DNA of 64,000 nt from the NCBI GenBank assembly GCA_035559235.1, contig DATMBM010000010.1, positions 20,257 through 84,256 of the forward strand. Reading direction: 5' to 3'. Source of the DNA: Minisyncoccota bacterium. Its GTDB lineage: Bacteria; Patescibacteriota; Minisyncoccia; Phycocordibacterales; UBA2100. A program made the position numbers and the translations under genes. Positions 9,325-17,860 of the stretch are shown in pieces; the first letter of the stretch is position 1; each line of letters starts with the position of its first letter. Under the pieces are notes generated by a model that saw only the letters and a list, made by a program, of their open reading frames with translations, was not told the DNA's origin and searched no databases.

Positions 9325-9348
9325 TCGGGACTTGACCCCTCGGCCGCA

Positions 9349-11025
9349 GTGCTACTATCAAGACTCATGGCTCCTCGGCGTGCGCGGAAGAACAGCCATA
9401 AGTACATCTTCGTCATCGGAGGTGTGATGTCGGGCGTCGGCAAGGGCATCGCCACGGCAAGTATCGGGAAAATCCTCGCGGCGCGCGGACTCTCCGTCAA
9501 TCTCGTGAAGATCGATCCGTATCTCAACGTGGATGCGGGCACCATGAACCCCACCGAACACGGTGAGGTTTTCGTTTTGGATAGCGGCCTCGAGACCGAT
9601 CAGGACATGGGCAACTACGAACGCTTTTTGAACCGCGACCTGGGGCCGGAGGACTACATGACGTCAGGCATGATCTATAAATCGGTCATCGAACGCGAGC
9701 GCAATCTCGAATACGGAGGGAAATGCGTGGAGGCGGTGCCGCATGTTCGCGATGAAATAGTGAACCGCCTCAAAAAATCCGCACGGCTCGCGCAGTCCGA
9801 CGTCACCGTCGTCGAAATCGGCGGTACCCTGGGTGATTTTTCGAATGCACTCTTTATCGATGCCGCCCGCGTCATCCATCTCCAAAATCCTGCAGACGCT
9901 CTTTTCGTGATGGTCTCGTACATGCCGATTCCCGGAACGATCGGAGAGATGAAGACAAAGCCGACGCAGAATGCCGTTCGACAATTGAACGGATACGGCG
10001 TGCAGCCAGATATATTGATTGCGCGCGCGGCTGTCCCGCTTGACCAGAAGCGCAAGGAGAAACTCTCCGTCCAAGTGAACATCCCCGCTGAGCACATCAT
10101 TTCGGCTCCCGATGTCGACTCGATCTACGACGTGCCGATCAATTTCGAGCGCGACCACCTTTCGGACATCCTGCTCCGCGCGCTCGGCAAGCGCGTGACG
10201 CAGGGAAGCGAGATGAACGAATGGAAGAAATTTGCCGAGCACGCGCACAACGGGCGCAAGACGGTGAAAATCGGCATTGTCGGCAAGTATTTTGATACCG
10301 GCGATTTCGTCCTCTCGGACGCGTATCTCTCGGTGATCGAAGCGATCAAGTTTTCCGCCTACGAGGCCGGGGTGAAGCCGCAGATCAGCTGGTTGAATGC
10401 GAAAGACTACGAGAAAGATCCGGCGAAAGTGAAGGAACTGAAAGAATACGACGGCGTCATCGTGCCGGGCGGTTTCGGGGAGACGGGAATCGAAGGAAAG
10501 ATCGCCGCGATCAAATTTGCGCGCGAAAACAAGATCCCCTATTTCGGCCTCTGCTACGGGATGCAGCTCATGACGGTGGAATTTGCGCGTAATGTCGCCG
10601 GTCTGAAGGGCGCGCACACGACTGAAATCAATCCGAAAACGCCGCATCCGGTCATCATGATTTTACCCGAACAGGTTGAGAGGATGGCAAAGAAAGACTA
10701 TGGCGGCACGATGCGTCTCGGGGCGTATCCGTGCGTTCTCAAGGACGGGACGGTGGCTCGCGCAGCGTACGGCAAAAAGGAAGTGTCCGAGCGTCACCGC
10801 CACCGTTTTGAGGTGAACCCAGATTATATCGAACGGCTTGAGGACGCGGGATTGGTGTTTTCAGGGCAATCGCCCGACCGGCGGCTCATGGAAATCGCCG
10901 AACTGCCGAAATCTATGCATCCGTTCATGCTTGGCACCCAATTCCACCCGGAATTGCGCGCACGGCCGCTTGAGCCGCATCCTTTGTTTGACGCCTTTCT
11001 GCATGCGTCGATTGGCGGGAAATAA
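9349..11025 (+). CDS. pyrG: CTP synthase
   Basis: N-terminal KYIFVIGGVMSGVGKGIATASIG. The glutamine amidotransferase domain has GLCYGMQ (catalytic Cys) and HRHRFEVN. The true start may be the internal Met at 9367. Confidence 0.9.
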   Translation: MLLSRLMAPRRARKNSHKYIFVIGGVMSGVGKGIATASIGKILAARGLSVNLVKIDPYLNVDAGTMNPTEHGEVFVLDSGLETDQDMGNYERFLNRDLGPEDYMTSGMIYKSVIERERNLEYGGKCVEAVPHVRDEIVNRLKKSARLAQSDVTVVEIGGTLGDFSNALFIDAARVIHLQNPADALFVMVSYMPIPGTIGEMKTKPTQNAVRQLNGYGVQPDILIARAAVPLDQKRKEKLSVQVNIPAEHIISAPDVDSIYDVPINFERDHLSDILLRALGKRVTQGSEMNEWKKFAEHAHNGRKTVKIGIVGKYFDTGDFVLSDAYLSVIEAIKFSAYEAGVKPQISWLNAKDYEKDPAKVKELKEYDGVIVPGGFGETGIEGKIAAIKFARENKIPYFGLCYGMQLMTVEFARNVAGLKGAHTTEINPKTPHPVIMILPEQVERMAKKDYGGTMRLGAYPCVLKDGTVARAAYGKKEVSERHRHRFEVNPDYIERLEDAGLVFSGQSPDRRLMEIAELPKSMHPFMLGTQFHPELRARPLEPHPLFDAFLHASIGGK

Positions 11026-11032
11026 TCGCTCG

Positions 11033-11206
11033 CTAGATGGACGTCACGATCGCGCCGACTGTTGAAACGGCAAGCGCGATGATCGCGGCAATGAAGTACT
11101 CAAGATGGTCTCCCCATGAGACGAGGACCGCAAGTGCGCTCGCAAGCGTACCGCCGACCGATGCGATCCACAGGAACGAGAACAGGAGACGGAGGTTTTC
11201 GATCAT
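11033..11206 (-). CDS. small hydrophobic protein (57 aa, hypothetical)
   Basis: Reverse-strand ORF MIENLRLLFSFLWIASVGGTLASALAVLVSWGDHLEYFIAAIIALAVSTVGAIVTSI with two hydrophobic segments. It is below the track size cutoff. The overlapping plus-strand 68-aa ORF looks non-protein-like. Confidence 0.3.
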   Translation of the reverse strand: MIENLRLLFSFLWIASVGGTLASALAVLVSWGDHLEYFIAAIIALAVSTVGAIVTSI

Positions 11207-11249
11207 GTCGCCTATTGTGTGCCATTTTCCACCGGTGCGCTAGAGTAGT

Positions 11250-12179
11250 GTGGTGACGATACTGGGGGCATTCATCGTTGCCGTTGCGGCGTGGCTCATG
11301 CCGTTCTTTGCGGACGCGCCGGTAGTGCACCTCCTTCTTCCTGCGCGGGAGGAGCCGCTCAATGCGACGGTTCTCTTCGCGGGCGACATGATGTTCGATC
11401 GCACAATTCGCGCTGCGATGGCAGAAAAGGGGAGTGACCATGTTTTCTCGTGCATTGCGCCGGAGTTGCGGGACGCCGACCTGGTTGTCGCGAATCTTGA
11501 AGGCCCGGTAACGACCCACGATTCAATGAGTCTCGGAAGCGAGATCGGTTCGCTCGAGAACATGACTTTCACGTTTCCCACGACAACCGCGCACCTCCTC
11601 GCACGCTACAACATTCGAGTCGTCTCACTCGCGAACAATCACATCATGAATTTCGGGGACGACGGCCTCATGCAGACGAAGCGATGGCTCGCGGAGGCCG
11701 GTGTCCAGTACTTTGGCGCTCCCGATGATGTCGACCGAACCGCACGTGTCGATATCAAGGGAATTCCGTTTTCATTTATCGGCTGGAGCGATTGGGATAG
11801 CACGACGAAGGACGAAACCCTCGCGCAGATTCGTACGGAGCGAGCGCTTGGCCGCATCGTCGTTGTTTTTGCGCATTGGGGCGAGGAGTATGAGCCGCCG
11901 CCCGAGCGCGTGCGGGCGCTCGGGCGGCACTTTGTCGACGCAGGCGCAACGCTTGTTGTCGGCGCGCATCCCCACATCGTGCAGGAGCACGAAGTATACA
12001 ACGGCACGTATATCTTTTATTCGCTCGGCAATTTCGTGTTCGACCAGTATTGGAATGAAGATGTGCGCACCGGGCTTCTCGTGCGCGCGACATTTAACAA
12101 GTATGGCGTCACGGCAATCGACAGTCTGCCGATCGAACTCGGTCGCGACCGAAGAACGTGCCTCAAAGAAATTGAATAG
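11250..12179 (+). CDS. CapA-family (poly-gamma-glutamate synthesis-type) metallophosphatase protein
   Basis: Motifs GDMMFDR, NLEGP, LANNH, AHWGEEY and GAHPH are characteristic of the CapA/PgsA metallophosphoesterase family. GTG start with N-terminal hydrophobic anchor. Confidence 0.75.
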   Translation: MVTILGAFIVAVAAWLMPFFADAPVVHLLLPAREEPLNATVLFAGDMMFDRTIRAAMAEKGSDHVFSCIAPELRDADLVVANLEGPVTTHDSMSLGSEIGSLENMTFTFPTTTAHLLARYNIRVVSLANNHIMNFGDDGLMQTKRWLAEAGVQYFGAPDDVDRTARVDIKGIPFSFIGWSDWDSTTKDETLAQIRTERALGRIVVVFAHWGEEYEPPPERVRALGRHFVDAGATLVVGAHPHIVQEHEVYNGTYIFYSLGNFVFDQYWNEDVRTGLLVRATFNKYGVTAIDSLPIELGRDRRTCLKEIE

Positions 12180-12206
12180 AGGGCCGTTTTCAGCTATCCT
12201 GTGCGC

Positions 12207-12264
12207 AACTGCCGGATCGCCCGTCTCGCTGAGGCGAGCCGAGGCGGATCTAATGGTAGGACAT
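12207..12264 (+). repeat. truncated 5' copy of tRNA-Gln (26 nt of identity split by a 29-nt hairpin-containing insert); direct repeat of the intact tRNA-Gln 5' end
   Basis: 12207-12219 AACTGCCGGATCG and 12249-12264 TCTAATGGTAGGACAT are identical to 12507-12535 of the intact tRNA-Gln. The intervening 12220-12248 carries a CTCGC-TGAG-GCGAG hairpin. Confidence 0.55.
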
Positions 12265-12508
12265 GTATTTCGTCTACGTGCTAAAATCCGAACGCTCTCG
12301 AAAATCATACGTCGGTCATACCGACAATCTTGAGAAACGGTTGCTGGAGCACAACTTTGGCAAGAATACATCGACGAAACCATTTGCGCCGTGGGTGCGC
12401 GTGTATCACGAGGAATACAAAAGTCGAGAGGCGGCGGTGAAAAGAGAGAAATATTTGAAAAGTCGCGGCGATAGAAGATTCTTTAAAAACGTGGTATTTA
12501 GTACATAA
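12263..12508 (+). CDS. small GIY-YIG nuclease family protein
   Basis: MYFVYVLKS...YVGHTDNLEKRLLEHN is a GIY-YIG signature. 81 aa. The ATG overlaps the end of the tRNA-like fragment, and the stop lies 1 nt before the intact tRNA-Gln. Confidence 0.8.
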   Translation: MYFVYVLKSERSRKSYVGHTDNLEKRLLEHNFGKNTSTKPFAPWVRVYHEEYKSREAAVKREKYLKSRGDRRFFKNVVFST

Positions 12509-12509
12509 C

Positions 12510-12583
12510 TGCCGGATCGTCTAATGGTAGGACATCGCCCTCTGGAGGCGAGTATCTTGGTTCGAGTCCAAGTCCGGCAACCA
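12510..12583 (+). tRNA. tRNA-Gln (anticodon CTG), CCA encoded
   Basis: Acceptor TGCCGGA/TCCGGCA; 3-bp D-stem GTC-TAATGGTAG-GAC; anticodon stem TCGCC/GGCGA with loop CTCTGGA (anticodon CTG); T-arm CTTGG-TTCGAGT-CCAAG; discriminator A then CCA. Confidence 0.8.
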
Positions 12584-12663
12584 CCATATGCTAAGTCAGG
12601 TGACTGACACGCATAGGCATCTATTCTGAAAATGGCATACCTGCTGAGAGCAGTATCCAGAAC

Positions 12664-12690
12664 AAAAATCGCCCCGAAGGGCGATTTTTG
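12664..12690. terminator. bidirectional intrinsic terminator (A5-hairpin-T5)
   Basis: AAAAATCGCCC-CGAA-GGGCGATTTTT: a 7-bp GC-rich stem with a 4-nt loop, flanked by an A-run and a T-run. Confidence 0.55.
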
Positions 12691-12695
12691 TTAGG

Positions 12696-13640
12696 ATGAA
12701 AATCATGAAGAGTTATTACCGCGTGATGCTCGGTCGAAAGAGCGCCTACGCAGATGAGGCCTATAAAGGTAATTTCATTGCGGCCGGATTCATAAAAGAT
12801 AAAGATTTGACCGATCACTTGGTGGAGAATTGGCGGGACTTCAACCGCGAATTTGTACCTCTGTTTATTGAGCAGAATCCTGAGAAAACGAAAATCTCCG
12901 CAGGGCTCGCCTGCGGCATGTTGTGGACGGTTGCCAAGGGTATGCAGATTGGCGACATTGCTTTGTGTCCAGATGGTAAAGGTAACTACTATGTCGGCGA
13001 AGTGACCGGGAATTACGAGTATCACAAAGGAGAACCACTCCCACACCGACGCCCCGTTCGGTGGTTTACAAAAACCATTGCACGCGAAGAGATGAGTGAA
13101 GCGCTCCGGAATTCAACAGGTTCGATCGCTACCGTGAGCAACGTAACAAAGTATGCAAGTGAAATTGAAACGCTCCTTTCCGGAAACGCACCACTCACTA
13201 TCACCACTACCGATGAGACCATAGAAGACCCAACTATTTTTGGACTCGAAAAACACCTCGAAGATTTCCTGGTCTCAAATTGGAAGTCAACCGAGCTCGG
13301 GAAAAACTACGATATCTATGAGGAGGACGATGAAATAGTTGGACAACAATACCCAAGTGACACTGGCCCTATAGACATTCTTGCTATCAGTAAAGATAAG
13401 AAAACGATCCTTGTTGTCGAACTCAAAAAAGGACGTGTGAGCGACGTGGTCGTCGGCCAGTGCCAACGATACATGGGCTACGTGAAGGAAGAGCTTGCAG
13501 AAGATAACCAGGAAGTGCGGGGAGTCATCATTGGGTTTGAAGATGATGTTCGCATCCGCCGTGCGCTCTCGGTCACGAATAACATTGATTTCTATACGTA
13601 TAAGGTCAGCTTCAAGCTCGAGAAAATGAATGGGAAGTAG
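12696..13640 (+). CDS. two-domain nuclease: unknown N-terminal (possibly PUA/EVE-like) domain fused to a C-terminal NucS/DUF91-type PD-(D/E)xK nuclease domain
   Basis: C-terminal PIDILAISKDKKTILVVELKKGRVSDVVVGQCQRYMGYV matches the NucS C-terminal nuclease motif (iDllavD...lvviElKr....v.Ql.rY). The N-terminal ~180 aa is unrecognised; it has a GDIAL...YYVGEV beta-rich pattern. An AGGA element lies upstream, and the alternative start is at 12705. Confidence 0.6.
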   Translation: MKIMKSYYRVMLGRKSAYADEAYKGNFIAAGFIKDKDLTDHLVENWRDFNREFVPLFIEQNPEKTKISAGLACGMLWTVAKGMQIGDIALCPDGKGNYYVGEVTGNYEYHKGEPLPHRRPVRWFTKTIAREEMSEALRNSTGSIATVSNVTKYASEIETLLSGNAPLTITTTDETIEDPTIFGLEKHLEDFLVSNWKSTELGKNYDIYEEDDEIVGQQYPSDTGPIDILAISKDKKTILVVELKKGRVSDVVVGQCQRYMGYVKEELAEDNQEVRGVIIGFEDDVRIRRALSVTNNIDFYTYKVSFKLEKMNGK

Positions 13641-13647
13641 GACACAT

Positions 13648-14085
13648 ATGCAATTCGAATATCCCGAAGATCGGGAATTCTTCGCCAATCTTCTTACCGA
13701 TGGAGATCAGAAGAAGCTCTCGAAATTTAAAGACTACTTTGATTTCAGATCACCCAAAGTAAAACGTGAGGAGTATAACCTCATGCGTGACGCGCTATTC
13801 CAAAAAATCATTAAACGTGACGGATATGTCTGTAGACTTACCATTTCCCCGAGATGTTTGCGCGACCGCGAATTGCAAATTGACCACGTCATCCCGCTCT
13901 CTACCAACATAATCAACAAAACCACCCGTCGAATGAAGGCCCTGCCAGGAAAGAAGGTTGCCGCACAGAGCTTTGGCTCAAATTATCTAGGGAACCTCAT
14001 ATTTGCCTGTCGAGAGTGCAACAGAGAGAAATGGCACCGCTTCTTGGATCGGGAGACCCTGCAGAGGGTACTCAAGAGCATATAG
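13648..14085 (+). CDS. HNH endonuclease
   Basis: CRL...C...DHVIPLS...N...NL...CRECNREKWH is an HNH/zinc-finger signature. AGGA lies 5 nt upstream of the ATG. Starts 7 nt after the stop of the previous gene. Confidence 0.7.
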   Translation: MQFEYPEDREFFANLLTDGDQKKLSKFKDYFDFRSPKVKREEYNLMRDALFQKIIKRDGYVCRLTISPRCLRDRELQIDHVIPLSTNIINKTTRRMKALPGKKVAAQSFGSNYLGNLIFACRECNREKWHRFLDRETLQRVLKSI

Positions 14086-14095
14086 CCAGGGACGC

Positions 14096-14124
14096 TTGAC
14101 AGGGGGGTTTACATTTGATAACCT
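14096..14124 (+). promoter_or_regulatory. sigma70-like promoter (-35 TTGACA, 17-bp spacer, -10 TAACCT) for hsdM; predicted TSS at or near the ATG (leaderless)
   Basis: Perfect TTGACA at 14096-14101 and TAACCT at 14119-14124. The ATG of hsdM lies 7 nt downstream, with no Shine-Dalgarno in between. Confidence 0.4.
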
Positions 14125-14130
14125 TTCCCT

Positions 14131-15924
14131 ATGAAGAAACAGGACTATATCACTACGGCTGACCTGGCAAAGATGCTCGGGGTAAGCCGCGTCTCAGCTC
14201 TCAAGTGGATGAAGAAAGCAGAAAAAGAGCAAGGAATAAAGCTTGTAGAGCTTGGCAGGGGCTTTGTGATAGAGAAGGACTCCCTTCCCAAAGAGCTCAA
14301 GGAGCGGCTTGGAAAGGAGCGCAAGGAGGCCACAGAGAAGGCCATTCGCATAGGCACAAGCCATCATAAGGATATTGATTTCGAGAAAGAGCTTTGGAAC
14401 GCAGCTGATAAGCTCCGGGGAAATATAGACGCGTCCGAGTACAAGCACGTTGTTCTCGGGCTTCTCTTTTTAAAGTATGTCTCTGACGCTTTCTACATGC
14501 GACGTGCGGAGCTGGAACAACGGCTCGCTGATCCAAAGGATAAAGAATTCTATATTGCGGATGCGAAAAGCCGCTCGGTGATTTTGGAGAATCGCGATTC
14601 CTACCGCAGTGCCGGTGTCTTCTACATACCTGAAAAGGCACGATGGGAACACTTGCGTGAGCACGCATCACACTCTGACATTGGGAAATACATAGACGAC
14701 GCGATGACTGCGGTTGAGGAAGAGAACGCAAAACAGCTCAAGGGCGTCTTGCCGAAGATGTATACACGCACGCCGCTTGAGCGTCACGTACTTGGTGAAC
14801 TTGTGAATATTTTCTCTCGTATAAAGTTCAATCACGACATCGACCATGAGAAGGACATGCTCGGGCGCGTGTACGAATACTTTCTCGGACAGTTCGCTTC
14901 GGCAGAGGGCAAACGTGGTGGAGAGTTCTTCAGCCCTCGTTCGCTCGTCCGTCTTCTCATTGAAGTGTTGGAACCATACGAGAACGCACGAATTTTTGAT
15001 CCCGCGGCTGGTAGCGGCGGGATGTTCGTGCAAGCAAGCGCATTTCTGAAAGCTCGCGGCAAAGACGCCGCGCACCTCGGTGTATTTGGCCAAGAGAGCA
15101 ACACCACTACCTGGCGGCTCTGCAAGATGAACCTCGCGATTCGCGGCATCTTCGGGCAGATAGAACAGGGCAACACTTACTATGAGGACAAGTTCTCGGA
15201 CTTACGGGCAGACTTTGTGGCGGCAAATCCGCCGTTTAATGCTGAGTGGGATCCGAAGCGCTTGAGCGACAACGACCCACGCCTCAAGTACGGCACGCCA
15301 CCGTCCTCGAACGCGAACTTTATGTGGATTCAGCATTTCATTCACCATCTCGCTCCAAGCGGCATGGCGGGGTTCATTATGGCAAACGGTGCGCTTGCAG
15401 TCGGAGGTCGCGAAGGAGAGATTCGTAAAAATATTGTTGAGGCGGACCTAGTTGATGTCATCATCGCTTGTCCGCCGAAGCTCTTCTACAACGTCGCGCT
15501 TCCCGTGTCACTCTGGTTTGTGGCGAAGAACAAGAAGGGCGACCGCTTCCGTAACCGTACAGGAGAAACGCTCTTCATAGACGCGCGAGAGCAGTTTGAA
15601 CAAATCTCTCGCAAACAGGTCGTCTTTAATGACGAGCACATCAAGAAAATCACTGATGCTGTACGCGCATGGCGTGGTGAGAAAGGCGCGTCTGAGTACA
15701 AAGACATTCCCGGCTTTTGCAAAGCGGCAAAGCTAGAAGAAATCGCCAAAGCGGGCTATGTGCTCACACCAGGTCGCTATGTCGGCCTCGCCGACGAGGA
15801 GGACGATGGCGTGCCGTTTGAGGAGAAAATGCAAAAGCTCTCGGCAGAGCTCAAAGATGTGTTCAAAAAGGGCGGCGAGCTAGAAGCGCAGATCTTGGCG
15901 AATCTAAAGAAAATCAGTATATGA
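14131..15924 (+). CDS. hsdM: type I restriction-modification N6-adenine DNA methyltransferase subunit M, with an N-terminal HTH extension
   Basis: HsdM N-domain (LWNAADKLRGNIDASEYKHVVLGLLFLKYVSD), AdoMet motif I (FDPAAGSGGM) and motif IV (NPPFN). The first ~80 aa (ITTADLAKMLGVSRVSALKWMKK) looks like an Xis/MerR-type HTH. Confidence 0.9.
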   Translation: MKKQDYITTADLAKMLGVSRVSALKWMKKAEKEQGIKLVELGRGFVIEKDSLPKELKERLGKERKEATEKAIRIGTSHHKDIDFEKELWNAADKLRGNIDASEYKHVVLGLLFLKYVSDAFYMRRAELEQRLADPKDKEFYIADAKSRSVILENRDSYRSAGVFYIPEKARWEHLREHASHSDIGKYIDDAMTAVEEENAKQLKGVLPKMYTRTPLERHVLGELVNIFSRIKFNHDIDHEKDMLGRVYEYFLGQFASAEGKRGGEFFSPRSLVRLLIEVLEPYENARIFDPAAGSGGMFVQASAFLKARGKDAAHLGVFGQESNTTTWRLCKMNLAIRGIFGQIEQGNTYYEDKFSDLRADFVAANPPFNAEWDPKRLSDNDPRLKYGTPPSSNANFMWIQHFIHHLAPSGMAGFIMANGALAVGGREGEIRKNIVEADLVDVIIACPPKLFYNVALPVSLWFVAKNKKGDRFRNRTGETLFIDAREQFEQISRKQVVFNDEHIKKITDAVRAWRGEKGASEYKDIPGFCKAAKLEEIAKAGYVLTPGRYVGLADEEDDGVPFEEKMQKLSAELKDVFKKGGELEAQILANLKKISI

Positions 15925-16628
15925 GCAAGAAAGACGAATACATAAAAAGACTTGAGAGTATATTGGAAACCTACAGGGATTTCCAACGTAAAGCAAAATA
16001 TAATGACCTCAGTGATTTACCAAAAGAAGATAGAAAGTCCCTGGTGACAACTGCGCAAGCCTTCATTTTTCGGACCACGAGCGAAGAATCATTCTATGCG
16101 CGAGAATTAAAAAGAATCATTGCAGAAAAACCTGCGCTTCACTCACACACATCTGAAGTCATGGGAATAGTAGCGAGCTTGAAGAATGATCTCGAAAGCG
16201 GGGCTTTAGAGCTAGATGCAGATCAGAGGGAAAGCCTCGCTGATCCAGCTGGGGTAAATATTTTAGACCTTAAACTCAAACTTGGAGTCCTTGAATTTAT
16301 TGTAGCGGCGCTTTTTGCCCTGTGCTTTACGCTTATCTTCGCCATCATCAAAATACTCGGTCTCGAAATTTACTGGTCGGCACTGTGGCCATATCTACTA
16401 ATGTTCTTTGGCCTTGCGTTTTCTGGGATGTACATCGTACTGCCGACAATCCAGATATCTAGAAAAGTGGGCCCGAACGTAAAGGATATATACAACGAAT
16501 TTATATTAGAGTTCAGTGGAAAAAGTAAACTCGGGAAAATAAAAACAGTAGGTTCCATTCTCTTGGGTATTGCAGCGGTGATTTCGTTACTTGTGTCCCT
16601 TCTCCCTTACCTTGATAAATATTTATGA
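15921..16628 (+). CDS. hypothetical protein inserted between hsdM and hsdS: soluble N-terminal ~120-aa domain plus C-terminal 4-TM domain
   Basis: ATGA overlaps at both ends (15921-15924 and 16625-16628). AT-rich codon usage. Hydrophobic helices at FIVAALFALCFTLIFAIIKIL, YWSALWPYLLMFFGLAF, IVLPTI and SILLGIAAVISLLVSLL. No family recognised. Confidence 0.55.
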   Translation: MSKKDEYIKRLESILETYRDFQRKAKYNDLSDLPKEDRKSLVTTAQAFIFRTTSEESFYARELKRIIAEKPALHSHTSEVMGIVASLKNDLESGALELDADQRESLADPAGVNILDLKLKLGVLEFIVAALFALCFTLIFAIIKILGLEIYWSALWPYLLMFFGLAFSGMYIVLPTIQISRKVGPNVKDIYNEFILEFSGKSKLGKIKTVGSILLGIAAVISLLVSLLPYLDKYL

Positions 16629-17860
16629 CCACAAAAACCAAAACAACTTGGCGGACGGTGAGGTTGAGGGATGTTATACAGAACCCTCTTGGTGGGGACT
16701 GGGGCAAAGAATTACCTGACCCTCAATTTTCTGAAGAAGTTTACGCTATACGCGGAACTGATTTCTCGGCGTTGGAAACCGGAGACTTTTCCAAGGTAAA
16801 AACGCGCTTTATCAAAAAAACTAGCCTTGATAAGCGCCGTCTGGTTGAGGGTGACATAGTGATGGAAATTTCTGGTGGCAGTAAAGGTCAGCCGGTTGGT
16901 CGATCATTTATTATAACCTCGGGTTTGCTTACGAAGGCAGGGAAACCTCTTGTTTACTCGAATTTTTGTAGACGCCTTCGTGTATCAGACGACAATGATC
17001 CACGCTATCTTTTCTATTTCTTACAGAAGTTCTATTCTTCCCCAGAAGTACTAAGCTTCCAGACTCAATCAACTGGAATTAGTAATTTTCATTTCACCGC
17101 TTTTGTTGAGTATAAAGAGATTTTTGTGCCCAGGCTTGACGTACAGGTAGAAATTGGAAGAATTCTGGCGGCATTTGACGAGAAGATTGAGAACAACAAC
17201 CGCATCATCAAGACGCTTGAAGAAATGGCGCAGGCGATTTTTAAGAAGCAATTCGACGTTCCCGTCGATGATCTACCGGAAGGGTGGGAGGTGAAAAAAC
17301 TTGGAGAGTTAGGAAAAGTCGTCACAGGGAAAACTCCTAGTACAAAAGACAAAGAGAACTTTGGTACAGATTATCCTTTTATCACCATACCCGATCTACA
17401 GAATGGAGTATTCGTTATTAAGACAGAGAGATTTTTATCAGATCGTGGAGCGAATACTATGCGCGCCTCCAAACTCCCCGCAGGGGCAATTTGTGTGAGC
17501 TGCATCGCGACTATTGGTTTGGTGGGAATTGTTACACGAGAGAGCTTTACAAACCAGCAAATCAACAGCATTATTCCGCGCTCCAAAATTCTTCAACCTT
17601 TCATCTTCTTACTCTTGCAAAAAATGAAGGGCAGTCTTCAATCCCATGCTTCTGGAGGTACGGCTGCTCCAATCATCAGCAAAAGTGCTTTTGAGAAGAT
17701 TGAGATAGTTTTCCCAACGGAGAAAGTACTGAAGGATTTTTATGAAGTAGTAAATCCGATGTTTGACAAAGTTTTGGCAATTCTAGAAGAGAACCAAAAA
17801 CTTGCCGCTACGCGCGACCTCCTCTTGCCGCGTCTAATGAGTGGAAAAATACGAGTATGA
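16625..17860 (+). CDS. hsdS: type I restriction-modification specificity subunit S (two target-recognition domains)
   Basis: Conserved HsdS central and C-terminal coiled-coil spacers (RILAAFDEKIENNNRIIKTLEEMAQAIFKKQF; VLAILEENQKLAATRDLLLPRLMSGKI) flank two variable TRDs. Confidence 0.85.
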   Translation: MTTKTKTTWRTVRLRDVIQNPLGGDWGKELPDPQFSEEVYAIRGTDFSALETGDFSKVKTRFIKKTSLDKRRLVEGDIVMEISGGSKGQPVGRSFIITSGLLTKAGKPLVYSNFCRRLRVSDDNDPRYLFYFLQKFYSSPEVLSFQTQSTGISNFHFTAFVEYKEIFVPRLDVQVEIGRILAAFDEKIENNNRIIKTLEEMAQAIFKKQFDVPVDDLPEGWEVKKLGELGKVVTGKTPSTKDKENFGTDYPFITIPDLQNGVFVIKTERFLSDRGANTMRASKLPAGAICVSCIATIGLVGIVTRESFTNQQINSIIPRSKILQPFIFLLLQKMKGSLQSHASGGTAAPIISKSAFEKIEIVFPTEKVLKDFYEVVNPMFDKVLAILEENQKLAATRDLLLPRLMSGKIRV

